A DNA stretch of 62,772 nucleotides, filler included, from Candidatus Tectimicrobiota bacterium (GTDB lineage: Bacteria > JACPSX01): the NCBI GenBank assembly GCA_016193065.1. It is 9 parts of 9 records of this genome, joined end to end, with 100 filler letters (N's around TTAATTAATTAA, not from the genome) between each part and the next. Parts side by side here need not be neighbours in the genome. Positions count along the whole stretch, not along the records: positions 41,093 to 45,710 come from JACPSX010000275.1; positions 45,811 to 50,567 come from JACPSX010000276.1; positions 50,668 to 54,726 come from JACPSX010000277.1; 6 more parts are not named here. The stretch is one strand, 5' to 3'. The position numbers were made by a program, and so were the translations under genes. The notes under the pieces are model-generated. The model had not been told where the DNA came from. It ran no database searches and was given only the letters and a program-made list of their open reading frames with translations. Shown piece after piece: positions 42,601 to 52,802 of the stretch; the stretch's first letter is position 1, and every line of letters begins with the position of its first letter.

Positions 42601-43665
42601 CTAAGCAGGCAGGGTGAACCAGACCCGAGTCTCGCCGGGAGAGCTTTCGGCACCGACTTCTCCACCGTGGGCCTCAATCAGCTCTTTCATGATGGCAAGC
42701 CCGATACCCGCCCCTCCGTGCTCCCGGGAGCGGGACTTCTCGCCACGATAAAATCGTTCGAAGATAAACGGGAGATCATCCCCGGAAATTCCCTCTCCGG
42801 TATTGACGAAATTCATCTTGATTTTTCCCGGCAAGCGCTCGGCCAGGATCCTGACCTTCCCGCCGTGCAACGTGTACTGCCAGGCGTTCTGCAGGAGATT
42901 CCTGAAGACCTGGAACAGCTTCTCTTGATCAGCAAGAATCCGGCCGTCCACCTCCGAGAAGTCCGTTTCGACGACGATCCGCTTTGCAGCAAACATGGTT
43001 TGGAAAGATTCCATCACCTCCCCTGTCAGCTCCTTGAGATCGATTCTGTCGCGGCGGAGCGTCCCCCAGGAAGCGTCGGCCCTGGCCAACTGGAGCAAAT
43101 CCTCGACCAGCTTGGCCAGGCGCAGAGTTTCCTCATGGAGCAACTTGAAGATCTCTTTCGAGGGGGTCATCACCCCGTCGTTCAAGGCTTCCAGATACCC
43201 GCGCATGTTCGTCAACGGGGTGCGAAGCTCGTGGGCGACATCGATCACCATGGTTTTCCGCAGTTTCTCGATCCTCTGCAGGCTGTTTGCCATTCGGTTG
43301 AACGCGGCGGCCAACTGTCCGACCTCGTCCCGGGAGAAAATCCGCACGCGAGCCGTGTACTCCCCCGCGGCGATTTCCCCGGTAATCCCGATCATCTGAG
43401 ATAAAGGGTTTAAGACTTTTCTCGTTAGCAGGAGGTTCAGGATCACGGCCAGGGCCAGGGCAGCCAGGCTTCCCCAAATCAGGGAGCGGTGACTCGCATC
43501 CAGGAACATCTGGTGAACTGCTACCGGCTCGATGTTGTAATCTTTCATCAACGCCATGAAATATTTTGCGGCGAGGTAATCGATGGTGAGCCAGACGGCG
43601 AGGATGACAACCCCGATGACGAGAACATTGATCCCCAATAGCTTCCAGAGAAGGCGTCCTTTCAT
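42601..43665 (-). CDS. Sensor histidine kinase (HAMP-HisKA-HATPase, BaeS-like)
   Basis: DVAHELRTPL, NLLQNA and GAGIGLAI; two TM helices. Confidence 0.94.
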   Translation of the reverse strand: MKGRLLWKLLGINVLVIGVVILAVWLTIDYLAAKYFMALMKDYNIEPVAVHQMFLDASHRSLIWGSLAALALAVILNLLLTRKVLNPLSQMIGITGEIAAGEYTARVRIFSRDEVGQLAAAFNRMANSLQRIEKLRKTMVIDVAHELRTPLTNMRGYLEALNDGVMTPSKEIFKLLHEETLRLAKLVEDLLQLARADASWGTLRRDRIDLKELTGEVMESFQTMFAAKRIVVETDFSEVDGRILADQEKLFQVFRNLLQNAWQYTLHGGKVRILAERLPGKIKMNFVNTGEGISGDDLPFIFERFYRGEKSRSREHGGAGIGLAIMKELIEAHGGEVGAESSPGETRVWFTLPA

Positions 43666-43666
43666 G

Positions 43667-44377
43667 TCACATCCTATCCTCATCCTCGGCAAATCGATAC
43701 CCAAGCCCCCTTACGGTTAAGACGTACCTGGGGCGTGCAGGGTTCTTCTCGATCTTCTGCCGGAGCTTTCCGATGTGCACGTCGATGACGCGATCGACCA
43801 CGGCCTCGCCATGGGGATAGAGGCGCTCCAGGAGCTCCTGCCGGGAAAAGACTCGACCGGGCGAGGCCATGAGGGAGTGGAGGAGCTTGAACTCAAAAAC
43901 GGTGAGCGAGATGGGGCGGCCGTTCAAGGTAACCCTGCGCTTATCGAGGTCGAAGACCAGACCGGCCCGAGACATGGGACCTTGGGGCTTCCCTTCCTCC
44001 GGTCTGGCCCTTCTCAAGATGGCCTTGACCCTGGCCACCAACTCGCGGGGGCTGAAAGGCTTCACCACGTAGTCGTCGGCGCCCAGCGACAACCCGAGAA
44101 CCCGCTCCATCTCTTCCTCCCGGGCCGTCAGGATCAGGATGGGAACGTCGGATGAGCGTCTAAGTTCCCTACAGACTTCCCACCCGTCCACAGTAGGAAT
44201 CATGAGATCGAGAACCACGAAGATCGGGTGGTGCTGATGGGCCAGATCCAAGGCCTGCTGGCCGTCGTAGGCAGCGATCGTTTGGAATCCATCCCGTTCA
44301 AGGTAAAGGGCCACCAGGGTGGATGTCTTCCTGTCGTCCTCGACGATGAGGACGGGACCCAGTGCAGCATGACTCAT
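43667..44377 (-). CDS. OmpR-family response regulator
   Basis: IVEDD, LDLMIP, GADDYVVKPFSPREL and TVRGLGY. Confidence 0.95.
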   Translation of the reverse strand: MSHAALGPVLIVEDDRKTSTLVALYLERDGFQTIAAYDGQQALDLAHQHHPIFVVLDLMIPTVDGWEVCRELRRSSDVPILILTAREEEMERVLGLSLGADDYVVKPFSPRELVARVKAILRRARPEEGKPQGPMSRAGLVFDLDKRRVTLNGRPISLTVFEFKLLHSLMASPGRVFSRQELLERLYPHGEAVVDRVIDVHIGKLRQKIEKNPARPRYVLTVRGLGYRFAEDEDRM

Positions 44378-44396
44378 GGCAGGCTCTTCCGGTCCT

Positions 44397-45077
44397 TCAT
44401 TTCGAGTGCTCCAGCAGAAACCTCTTGGTATGTTGAGGCCCTGCGGCTTCGTCGCTCCGGAGTGAGGCTTTGAGACGTTGCAGGTCTTCAGGAGTGTCCA
44501 CGTCAAACCACGATGAGAGGCAGGCGACCTTGAGCCCCTTTGCCCGAGCCCGTCCGATGGTTTCGGAGAGGACGTGGGCGGTGCTCCGGACCATGCCGTC
44601 GAAGAGTTCCCGGTAAAGCTGACAGAGACCGATCAAGTAATAGCCGCCGTCCTCGCTGGGTCCCAAAACTACGTCAACTTCCGGCTCACATAGGAGACCA
44701 AGAGCACCTTGAAGATAGTGGAGCGGCAGGGTGGGGGTATCGGTGTCGATCACGATCACCCTGCGGTACCCCAGAGCGAAGAGCCGCTTGAAAGCACCCG
44801 CGAGTCTCTCCCCGAGATCGGATCCCTGCTGAGGGATGAAAGTAAAACCGGTACCGGCCAGGGATTCGAAAAAATCCTTCGTATTTTCGGGTGTATAGAC
44901 AATGACCGGGACGGCGTCTTCCAGCCCCTTGACCTGCTCAATTTTATCGAGAAGGAAGCAGCGGTAGAGTTCGGCCGCCTCTTCGTAGGAGTAAGTCGGG
45001 CAGAGGCGGGTTTTCACCTCCCCGGGCCGGGGAACTTTCGCCATCATGGCGACCGCGGCATCAAAGACCCCTGCCAT
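44397..45077 (-). CDS. TIGR04282/DUF2064-like (CofC-like) glycosyltransferase, rSAM/selenodomain-associated
   Basis: AKVPRPGEVKTRL, QQGSDLGERL, TDTP, LGPSEDGGYYLIG and DVDTPEDL. Confidence 0.88.
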   Translation of the reverse strand: MAGVFDAAVAMMAKVPRPGEVKTRLCPTYSYEEAAELYRCFLLDKIEQVKGLEDAVPVIVYTPENTKDFFESLAGTGFTFIPQQGSDLGERLAGAFKRLFALGYRRVIVIDTDTPTLPLHYLQGALGLLCEPEVDVVLGPSEDGGYYLIGLCQLYRELFDGMVRSTAHVLSETIGRARAKGLKVACLSSWFDVDTPEDLQRLKASLRSDEAAGPQHTKRFLLEHSK

Positions 45078-45166
45078 CGCTCTTCTCCCGAACCATATGA
45101 GTATGAATTCTTCCGGCAAAAGAACGCACTTCATTTAAAAGTTACTGGAAAGAGATGAGGGATGCA

Positions 45167-45198
45167 AAAGAAAAAAGGGGGCCCCGCAGGGCTCCCCG
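45167..45198 (-). terminator. Rho-independent terminator after the repeat protein
   Basis: Imperfect GC stem (GGGGAGCCC...GGGCCCCC) followed by TTTTTTCTTTT on the minus strand. Confidence 0.65.
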
Positions 45199-45246
45199 AG
45201 ATCGGAAGTTAGTTGTTTCGGTCCAGCCGTTCCTGATAGAAGTAGC

Positions 45247-45636
45247 TTATCTGGCGCTGCGGACATGCCGGTCCCCGCTCATCTCGTCCTGGACGGCGGG
45301 AACGCTGGGAGAGGCAATCTCGCGGTCCAGGCTTTCCTGCGCGATGCTTCCCAGGACCCGGTTCTCTCTATCCCAAACCACGCTCTTCTCAACCGTGGTG
45401 GAAACCGCCGGGGAATTGATCTCCCGATCCAGACTTGCCTGCGCGATGCTTCCCGGGGCTCGGTTCTGCCGATCCCATACCTCGCTTGCGGGCACGGTGG
45501 TGGAAACCGCCGGGGAATTGATCTCCCGATCCAGACTTGCCTGCGCGATGCTTCCAAACTCTGCCCACGCACTGGCAGCCCCCAGAACCAGGACCGCCGC
45601 TGCAACCAAACCCATCAGACTCTTTCCTGCCTTCAT
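45247..45636 (-). CDS. Secreted hypothetical protein with three tandem repeats at a 31-aa period
   Basis: Signal peptide ending SAWA; GSIAQ[AE]SLDREI[NA]SP x3; AGGAG RBS; terminator. Confidence 0.8.
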   Translation of the reverse strand: MKAGKSLMGLVAAAVLVLGAASAWAEFGSIAQASLDREINSPAVSTTVPASEVWDRQNRAPGSIAQASLDREINSPAVSTTVEKSVVWDRENRVLGSIAQESLDREIASPSVPAVQDEMSGDRHVRSAR

Positions 45637-45710
45637 GACGTTTCTCCTAGTTAATCTGTTTGTCGAGTCTCGCTCTCCCGGCTCTATCGCCGGGTTCCGT
45701 TGCTTCTTGC

Positions 45711-45810
45711 NNNNNNNNNNNNNNNNNNNNNNNNNNNNNNNNNNNNNNNNNNNNTTAATTAATTAANNNNNNNNNNNNNNNNNNNNNNNNNNNNNNNNNN
45801 NNNNNNNNNN
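45711..45810. other. Artificial contig spacer
   Basis: N run with TTAATTAATTAA. Confidence 0.98.
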
Positions 45811-46277
45811 ATCGGGGTGTGTCCGACGTCATCGTATGCGATGGGTTCATGGGCAACGTGGCTTTAAAGATCAGCGAGAGCCTGGCGGAAATGGTCGAGA
45901 AGAGTCTGCGAGAAGTTTTCTCCCACAACATTTTCTCCAAGCTGGGATACCTGCTGGTCAAGCGGCGATTTGCGGCCATGAGGAAGCGCATGGACTACTC
46001 GGAATATGGGGGCGCCCCGCTCCTCGGCATTAATGGGGTCTGCATTATTTGTCACGGCGGCTCCACGCCGAAGGCGATCAAGAATGCCATTCCCATGGCC
46101 CAGAGGATGGCCGATACCGGGCTCAGCAATCATATCGAGGGAGATATAGAGGCCGATGTCGAGACCCATGGCGCCGACTATCGTAGAGGAACCTTCTGGG
46201 GCCACATCCGCGAATCCTTTTCTTTCTCCATGGAACGCAAAGGGAGGAACCGCCCTCGCGGGAGCAATCAGGAGTAA
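45811..46277 (+). CDS. plsX: Phosphate acyltransferase PlsX (5' partial)
   Basis: DVIVCDGFMGNVALK, DYSEYGGAPLLG and HGGS. Confidence 0.95.
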
Positions 46278-47212
46278 TGGGGGAGCGCCTGGCCTTTGTT
46301 TTTCCGGGACAAGGATCCCAATATGTGGGGATGGGAAAGAGCCTGCAGGAGATTTCCCCACGGGCAAGGGAGATGTTCTCCCTCGCCAACCAAACGCTTG
46401 GCCTGGATCTTCGGGCCCTCTGTATGGAAGGGCCCGAAGAAGCGTTGCGTCTTACGGAAAATACCCAACCCGCCATTCTTCTGGTCAGCGCCATGGCGGC
46501 CGGCCTCCTGCGCGAGCGGGGGATCAATCCCGTGATTGCCGCCGGGCACAGCCTGGGAGAGTATTCGGCCCTGGTGGCGGCAGGGGCGCTTTCCCTGGAA
46601 GATGCCCTGGTCCTGGTGCGCAAGCGAGGGCAGTTCATGCGGGAGGCGACTCCTCCGGGAATGGGCGCCATGGCGGCGCTGATTGGTTTGAGTGTCGAGG
46701 CGGTTGAGGAGATTTGTTTCAAAGCCAGGGACGGCGAGGTGCTGCAGCCGGCCAACCTGAATGGAGCCGATCAGGTGGTTATTGCCGGCCACGCGGGGGC
46801 CGTGGAGAGAGCCATCCGTTTGGCCAAGGAGGCCGGGGCCGCACGGGCCGTTCTTTTGCAGGTCAGCGCCCCCTTCCATTGCGCCTTGATGGAACCTGCC
46901 GCGCAGCGGCTCGCTGTGGAACTGGACCGCATACCTCTTGGGAATTTGGCGTTTCCCGTCGTGGCCAACGTGAGCGCCCGTCCCATGACCACCGGCGCGG
47001 AGGCGCGCAGTGCCCTCAAGGCCCAGGTTTGCGCTCCGGTCCGCTGGCTTGAGACCATGGACACGATTCTCGGCCAGGAAGTCGAGCGGATCGTGGAGGT
47101 GGGGCCCGGGCGCGTATTGTCGGGTCTCTTCAAACGGCACCATCGCCACCTGAAGGTTGCCAACGTGGAAGATGCCGCAAGCCTGGAACGGGCTCTGGAG
47201 GGACTTCCTTAG
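46277..47212 (+). CDS. fabD: Malonyl-CoA:ACP transacylase
   Basis: FPGQGSQ, GHSLGEY and VSAPFH. Confidence 0.97.
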   Translation: MGERLAFVFPGQGSQYVGMGKSLQEISPRAREMFSLANQTLGLDLRALCMEGPEEALRLTENTQPAILLVSAMAAGLLRERGINPVIAAGHSLGEYSALVAAGALSLEDALVLVRKRGQFMREATPPGMGAMAALIGLSVEAVEEICFKARDGEVLQPANLNGADQVVIAGHAGAVERAIRLAKEAGAARAVLLQVSAPFHCALMEPAAQRLAVELDRIPLGNLAFPVVANVSARPMTTGAEARSALKAQVCAPVRWLETMDTILGQEVERIVEVGPGRVLSGLFKRHHRHLKVANVEDAASLERALEGLP

Positions 47213-47222
47213 GAGAGTGGTA

Positions 47223-47966
47223 ATGGGGCTCAGGGGGCGGGTGGCGCTGGTGACTGGAGGGGGTCGCGGGATTGGAGCCGATGTGGCCCGAGGGCTGGCG
47301 GCCCGGGGGGCGAGAGTTTTCATCAACTACCTGCGAGACACCACAGCGGCCGAGAGGGTAAAGGGCGAGATTTGCAGCGCCGGGGGAGAAGCGGAAATCG
47401 TACAGGCCAACGTGGCCTACCCGGCGGACGTGAAGAGGATGTTTGAGCGCGTTTCCGCGGAGGGTGGCCGCCTGGATTTCCTGATCAACAACGCGGGGGT
47501 GACCCGGGACGGGCTCCTTTTGCGCATGTCCGAGGACGACTGGGACTATGTGCTGGATACGAACCTCAAGAGCACGTTTTTGTGCTCCAAAGCCGCGGCC
47601 CGGCTCATGGTACGGCAGCGCTTCGGTCGCATCGTAAACATCTCCTCGGTGGCGGGGATCATGGGAAACCCGGGACAGGCCAATTATGCCGCGGCCAAGG
47701 CGGGGATCGTCGGGTTTACCAAGGCGGTGGCTAAAGAGCTGGCCAGTCGCGGAATCACCGTGAATGCGGTGGCTCCAGGGCTGGTCGACACGGATATGAC
47801 CCGGTCCATGCCTGAAAGGGCCAGGGAAGCGATCCTGGGGACCATCCCCCTGGGCCGCGTGGGCTTGGGACCTGAGGTGATGGCGGTTGTGGAGTTCCTC
47901 CTCTCGGAGGAGGCTTCGTACATTACCGGTCAGGTCCTTCATGTGAACGGCGGGATGTGGATGTAA
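47223..47966 (+). CDS. fabG: 3-oxoacyl-ACP reductase
   Basis: TGGGRGIG, NNAGVTRD and GQANYAAAK. Confidence 0.96.
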   Translation: MGLRGRVALVTGGGRGIGADVARGLAARGARVFINYLRDTTAAERVKGEICSAGGEAEIVQANVAYPADVKRMFERVSAEGGRLDFLINNAGVTRDGLLLRMSEDDWDYVLDTNLKSTFLCSKAAARLMVRQRFGRIVNISSVAGIMGNPGQANYAAAKAGIVGFTKAVAKELASRGITVNAVAPGLVDTDMTRSMPERAREAILGTIPLGRVGLGPEVMAVVEFLLSEEASYITGQVLHVNGGMWM

Positions 47967-48047
47967 GGGTGCCGGTTCGGAGGCAAGGACGGGCACAGGC
48001 CCGTCCAGATGGAGGGATTGTGACTCGCTTGGAGGAGGTGAGTTAAG

Positions 48048-48293
48048 ATGGCTTCAGTAGAGGAAAGGGTAAAAGAGATCATCATGGAGCAGTTGGGAGT
48101 GGAGGCGGACGAGGTGACTCCAGAGGCATCTTTTATTGAAGACCTGGGAGCGGATTCACTGGACACGGTGGAGCTCGTCATGGCGTTTGAGGAGGAGTTC
48201 GATATCGAGATTCCAGATGAAGACGCCGAGAAAATTACCACGGTGCGAGACGCGATGAATTACATTGCCTCCCATTTGAATAGTCAGGATTAA
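48048..48293 (+). CDS. acpP: Acyl carrier protein
   Basis: [14 protein letters not shown]. Confidence 0.98.
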   Translation: MASVEERVKEIIMEQLGVEADEVTPEASFIEDLGADSLDTVELVMAFEEEFDIEIPDEDAEKITTVRDAMNYIASHLNSQD

Positions 48294-48379
48294 AGTCCGC
48301 CTGGAGTCGAGAAGCAGATCCGGGGAATCCGGGTTCTGATGCTATATAGGACCGTCAAAGGGCGGCGGCGAGAAAATGG

Positions 48380-49639
48380 GTGAAGGAGAAAGTCGTGCAG
48401 GGGCGACGGGTCGTGGTCACAGGCTTAGGAGTGGTTACCCCCGTAGGCATCGGAGTAGAGGAGTCTTGGCAAGCCTGGTGCAGAGGGGAATCCGGAATTC
48501 GCCAAATCACGCGCTTTGATGTCTCCGATTTTCCGGTGAAGATCGCCGGCGAAGTGGTCGGATTCGACCCCGGCCTCTACATAGAGAAGAAAGAGATCAA
48601 GAAGATGGATCTCTTCATTCAGTATGCCATGGCGGCCGGGACCATGGCCATGAAGGACTCCGGGCTGCAGGTGAACGGATCGAATGCCGAGCAGGTGGGC
48701 GTCCTGGTCGGCTGCGGTCTCGGAGGTCTCCCCTCCATCGAGAGGTATCACCATATCTTAGAGGCGGAGGGCTACCGCAAGATCTCCCCTTTCTTTATTC
48801 CCATGATGATCGGCAATATGGCCTCGGGGTATCTCTCCATGCGGTTTGGACTCAAGGGCCCCAACAGTTGCGTCTCTACGGCCTGCGCCACCGGGGCCCA
48901 CGCGATTGGAGATGCCTTTAAGATCATCGCCCGCGAGGATGCGGACGCCATGCTGGCGGGGGGGGCGGAGGGCGTCATCACTCCGCTTGGTATCGGCGCT
49001 TTCGCCAACATGAGGGCACTGTCCACCCGCAATGACGAGCCCCCCCGCGCCAGTCGCCCCTTCGATCGCGACCGGGACGGCTTCGTGATGGGGGAAGGGG
49101 CGGGGGTCGTGATGCTGGAGGCGCTGGATTGTGCCAAGGCCAGGGGGGCTCGGATCTATGCCGAGATTGTAGGATACGGCATGAGTTCCGATGCTTATCA
49201 TGTCACCATGCCGGATCCCAAAGGAGACGGAGCCAGCCGTTGCATGGCCAGGACTCTGAAGGACGCCGGTGTCAGGCCCGAAGAGGTGGACTACATCAAC
49301 GCCCACGGCACCTCCACGCCATACAACGACAAGTTTGAGACGATCGCCATCAAAAACGTGTTTGGGGAGCATGCCTACAAGCTGGCGGTGAGCTCTACCA
49401 AGTCGATGATCGGCCACTTGCTCGGTGCGGCCGGCGGCGTCGAAGCGGTCGCCACCGTTCTGTCCGTTAAGCACGGAATCATCACGCCCACCATCAACTA
49501 CGAGAATCCGGATCCGGAGTGCGACCTCGACTACGTTCCCAACGAGGCCCGCAGGATCCCCATCCGCCTGGCGCTTTCCAATTCCTTTGGCTTTGGTGGT
49601 ACGAACGCCTCGGTGCTCTTCAAGAGGTACACCGAGTGA
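48380..49639 (+). CDS. fabF: Beta-ketoacyl-ACP synthase II
   Basis: [22 protein letters not shown] and [10 protein letters not shown]. Confidence 0.97.
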   Translation: MKEKVVQGRRVVVTGLGVVTPVGIGVEESWQAWCRGESGIRQITRFDVSDFPVKIAGEVVGFDPGLYIEKKEIKKMDLFIQYAMAAGTMAMKDSGLQVNGSNAEQVGVLVGCGLGGLPSIERYHHILEAEGYRKISPFFIPMMIGNMASGYLSMRFGLKGPNSCVSTACATGAHAIGDAFKIIAREDADAMLAGGAEGVITPLGIGAFANMRALSTRNDEPPRASRPFDRDRDGFVMGEGAGVVMLEALDCAKARGARIYAEIVGYGMSSDAYHVTMPDPKGDGASRCMARTLKDAGVRPEEVDYINAHGTSTPYNDKFETIAIKNVFGEHAYKLAVSSTKSMIGHLLGAAGGVEAVATVLSVKHGIITPTINYENPDPECDLDYVPNEARRIPIRLALSNSFGFGGTNASVLFKRYTE

Positions 49640-50373
49640 AGTCGCCGAAGGCAAAAGGGAAGGCCAAACTCTCCCGAGAGCGGGCGAGGTACCTGGAAGA
49701 GTTTCAGCGCAGCCTGGGTTACTCCTTTCAGGATCTCTCCCTTCTCGACCGGGCTCTGACCCATAAATCATTCGTCAATGAGAACGGGGAACCCCTGGCC
49801 GACAACGAACGCTTGGAATTTCTCGGCGACGCCGTTCTCGAACTGATGGTCAGCGATTATTTTCTCAAGAGGTTTCCGGACTCTGCGGAGGGGGAGCTTT
49901 CCAAGCTCCGGGCTGCCGTGGTGCGTCAGAGCCACCTGGCCAAATTGGCCCGCCAGGTGGATCTGGGTTCCTACCTGCTCCTGGGAAAAGGAGAGGAACA
50001 GACGGGGGGACGTCAGAAGACGTCCATCCTGGCCGATACCCTGGAGGCGGTCCTGGGGGCCATTTACCTCGATGCGGGGTTTGAGAGTGCCCGCGGGGCA
50101 TTCCTGAACTGCTTCGAGGGAGAAATTAATCATGTGGCCCACCAAAAAGAGAGGCGCGATTTCAAAAGCGAGCTGCAGGAATACACCCAGGAGCGGCTCG
50201 GGTGCGTCCCGTCCTATCGGGTGGTAAGATCCTACGGCCCCGACCACGACAAGATCTTCGAAGTCGAGGTGGTCGTGGGGGAAGAGATCCGGGCCATCGG
50301 CTCGGGAAAGAGCAAGAAAGAAGCGGAGCAGCGGGCCGCCAAGGCAGTGCTGGAACAGTTTCCATCCTCCTGA
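49636..50373 (+). CDS. rnc: Ribonuclease III
   Basis: [12 protein letters not shown] and dsRBD; GTGA overlap with the fabF stop. Confidence 0.97.
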   Translation: MKSPKAKGKAKLSRERARYLEEFQRSLGYSFQDLSLLDRALTHKSFVNENGEPLADNERLEFLGDAVLELMVSDYFLKRFPDSAEGELSKLRAAVVRQSHLAKLARQVDLGSYLLLGKGEEQTGGRQKTSILADTLEAVLGAIYLDAGFESARGAFLNCFEGEINHVAHQKERRDFKSELQEYTQERLGCVPSYRVVRSYGPDHDKIFEVEVVVGEEIRAIGSGKSKKEAEQRAAKAVLEQFPSS

Positions 50374-50567
50374 AAGTGCCCCACCACGCGCAAATCGACT
50401 CCCCTCTCCTGCCACCGGATCACTCAGATCCTCGGGTGCCCCCTTGGGGCCCCGGCACTGTTGGCCCGCGGGTCCTGACACCCGCCAGGCGGGTACCCGG
50501 GTCGCCTCCTCGATCCGCGCTCCGTCACCCTGACGAGGGTCCCACTTTCGCGCGGCTCTGCGGAGGC

Positions 50568-50667
50568 NNNNNNNNNNNNNNNNNNNNNNNNNNNNNNNNN
50601 NNNNNNNNNNNTTAATTAATTAANNNNNNNNNNNNNNNNNNNNNNNNNNNNNNNNNNNNNNNNNNNN
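50568..50667. other. Artificial contig spacer
   Basis: N run with TTAATTAATTAA. Confidence 0.98.
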
Positions 50668-50813
50668 CAAGGACTCTTCCCGTGCCCTTTGTCAGACTTG
50701 ATGATCTCCGGGGATCCGGGGAGTGGACCAAGCCTCCGGACGACCTAATCTTAGAACGATTCAAGGTGCCGTTCCCGAGCAAGGATTTGACCAGGTTGGC
50801 ATACGACCGGTAG
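50668..50813 (+). CDS. Possible antitoxin, C-terminal fragment
   Basis: Frame open from the contig edge (...FPSKDLTRLAYDR*), ending 4 nt before the PIN gene. Confidence 0.4.
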
Positions 50814-50817
50814 AGCC

Positions 50818-51255
50818 ATGGAGGATCTCATTCTCTACGACACCGGCCTTCTCCTCCGAGCCTCGACCACAACCCTGGATCACAGCGAGCTCAGTCTGGC
50901 CCTCTGGGAAAGAGCCAAGGCAAGGCAGATCAGGGCCTGTATCGCCGAGCAAACTGTGTGGGAGTTCTTCTCGATCCTGACCCGGCTCCGCATCCCCCAT
51001 CGGAAGGTCCTCACGGAGCTTCAAAAGCACCTCCAGATCTTTCCCCTGATCGCCCCGACGCGTGAAACCTTTGCCGCCACGTTTGGGTCCCTCCAGCGCC
51101 TGCGGTGGTTGACAGGGCCTCAAGTCTTTGATCTCTTTCTAGCCCACACCGCGTTGGATAACGGCGTGAGAAGGCTCTACACGTTCAACGACCGCCACTT
51201 TCGACGCTTCAATCTCCCACTCCAGGTGGTCAACCCTGCCTCTGAACAGCCTTAG
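50818..51255 (+). CDS. PIN-domain (VapC-like) toxin
   Basis: LYDTGLL, WEFF, VFDLFL and LYTFNDRHF. Confidence 0.85.
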   Translation: MEDLILYDTGLLLRASTTTLDHSELSLALWERAKARQIRACIAEQTVWEFFSILTRLRIPHRKVLTELQKHLQIFPLIAPTRETFAATFGSLQRLRWLTGPQVFDLFLAHTALDNGVRRLYTFNDRHFRRFNLPLQVVNPASEQP

Positions 51256-51268
51256 CCGCTTTTCCGAT

Positions 51269-51415
51269 GACTTCCATCTCCTTGGCGTGAAATACGTCGG
51301 TTGCATTAAAAGATCCAGCGGGGGAACGGAAATCCGAGATCCCCTGTTATTTCGCTGGATAACTCGCGGACACCACGAGCCTCAATCAGGTCCTGGCCAT
51401 GGGGGCCGATGGAGG
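51269..51415 (+). pseudogene. Decayed receiver-domain fragment, copy 1
   Basis: Nucleotide similarity to 54548-54726, ending ...CAGGTCCTGGCCATGGGGGCCGATGGAGG. Confidence 0.7.
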
Positions 51416-51511
51416 CCCCCCCACCTGAATCCCCGCCAGGGGGGAGGAGATATGAGGATGATCCGCCCCCGCGAGGGGGGAGGAGTCGTAATTTCTGCTG
51501 CGTCGTAGAAA

Positions 51512-51637
51512 GAGCTGAGAGCCAAGAGCTGAGAGCCAAGAGCTGAGAGCCAAGAGCCAAGAGCTGAGAGCCAAGAGCCAAGAGCTGAGAGCCAAGAGCC
51601 AAGAGCTGAGAGCCAAGAGCCAAGAGCTGAGAGCCGG
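51512..51637 (+). repeat. Heptamer tandem array (18 units of GAGCTGA/GAGCCAA, ending GAGCCGG)
   Basis: Direct reading; pattern ABABABBABBABBABBA plus a terminal variant. Confidence 0.95.
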
Positions 51638-51645
51638 AAAGCGGA

Positions 51646-51685
51646 CCCCCTTACCCACACCCTCTCCCCCAAATGGAGGCGAGGG
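51646..51685. repeat. REP-like hairpin following the heptamer array
   Basis: CCCCCTTACCCACACCCTCTCCCCC...GGAGGCGAGGG. Confidence 0.6.
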
Positions 51686-51731
51686 AAAATAGGAACTGCC
51701 CGCAATGGAGAAGAAGATAAGGTAGGCGCAG

Positions 51732-51760
51732 TTGATCATCCCAGAGTTCTGATCTATACT
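51732..51760 (+). promoter_or_regulatory. Putative sigma70 promoter of the AbrB-PIN cassette
   Basis: TTGATC-N17-TATACT. Confidence 0.55.
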
Positions 51761-51807
51761 GATTCTCAGTGGTTGTCTGAATACAACAGTGACGGGGAGG
51801 ACAGACC

Positions 51808-52071
51808 ATGGCCGCTGTAAAAATGTGGGGAAGGGGTCAACTGACGATCCCTGCTTCGCTGCGCAGGGAGCTCCATCTGGACGAGGAGACGACGCTGAAT
51901 GTCGTCAAGGTGGGCAAATCTCTGGTTTTGACCACTAGGACTCTGGTTGGAGATAAGGTGGCTAGAAAAGCCGCAAAGGAGATGAAGAATGTCGGACTGA
52001 AATTGAGAGATCTTTTGAAAGACCTTGAGAAACAGCGCGTACGCTATAACAGGGAACGATATGGGAGCTAG
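51808..52071 (+). CDS. AbrB/MazE/SpoVT-family antitoxin
   Basis: VKMWGRGQLTIPASLRRELHL. Confidence 0.88.
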   Translation: MAAVKMWGRGQLTIPASLRRELHLDEETTLNVVKVGKSLVLTTRTLVGDKVARKAAKEMKNVGLKLRDLLKDLEKQRVRYNRERYGS

Positions 52072-52513
52072 CCGGTGGAGAGTGTTCCTCGATACCAGTG
52101 CCCTAATTGCGGGAATTGTATCGGCGAGCGGGGCAGCGCGTGAGGTGCTGCGGTTGTGCGAGGCAAGGGTGGTTGAACCTCTCGTATCCCGCCAGGTTTT
52201 AACGGAAGCGGATCGGAACCTTTCGGGGAAACTCCCCGCTTTGGTTCCTGATTATTGCCATTTGATGCGCCAGATGTCTCCAACGGTTTTGGATGATCCC
52301 TCACGGAGAGAGGTAGCGCAGGCTGTGCGCGTGATCCATCACAAAGACGCACCGATTCTGGCTGCGGCGATCCGCGGAAAGGCTGATTATTTGATTCCAT
52401 GGAATACGAGGCACTTTCAGAAGACCTCGGTCAGGAGGGCTGTTCGTTTTAAAATTATGACGCCCGGCGAGTTCCTGGAGGAGTTTAGAAGGTCACTGCC
52501 TTATGAGTCGTAG
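52061..52513 (+). CDS. PIN-domain toxin
   Basis: RVFLDTSALI, KDAPILAAA, NTRHF and TPGEFL. Confidence 0.88.
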   Translation: MGASRWRVFLDTSALIAGIVSASGAAREVLRLCEARVVEPLVSRQVLTEADRNLSGKLPALVPDYCHLMRQMSPTVLDDPSRREVAQAVRVIHHKDAPILAAAIRGKADYLIPWNTRHFQKTSVRRAVRFKIMTPGEFLEEFRRSLPYES

Positions 52514-52546
52514 GGGGAGATGCCCTTCGGATTGAGCTTCAACATT

Positions 52547-52710
52547 CTCACCCACACCCTCTCCCCCGGCGGGGGCGAGGGGAAATGGTGGTTCTCCCCC
52601 GAAGGGGAGAAGGTGAATAGGGATTTTTCCCCCGGTGGGGGCGAGGGGTTGTGGGAACTCTCCTCCCAAGGAGGGGTAGTGGCGTGTTCTCCCACGCAAG
52701 GGGGAGGAGG
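52547..52710. repeat. Cluster of decayed REP-like hairpins
   Basis: Repeated TCCCCC...GGGGG[AC]GAGG units. Confidence 0.6.
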
Positions 52711-52802
52711 TCTTTCTAGCGGATTGAGCCTCCCGTGTCTCTCTGGTATCATTGTGCCAGCCTATGGTTGATCGAGTTGCCATTTAAGAGGGAGTAGCAA
52801 GC

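Noticed and set aside
45290-45560. 93-bp periodic repeat as a CRISPR array
   Set aside because: It is an in-frame coding repeat within a signal-peptide ORF; unit sizes do not fit CRISPR
51306-51739. Heptamer array as a CRISPR, or as LSALGSW-repeat proteins
   Set aside because: No unique spacers and no cas genes; the ORFs are just translations of the 7-mer in three frames
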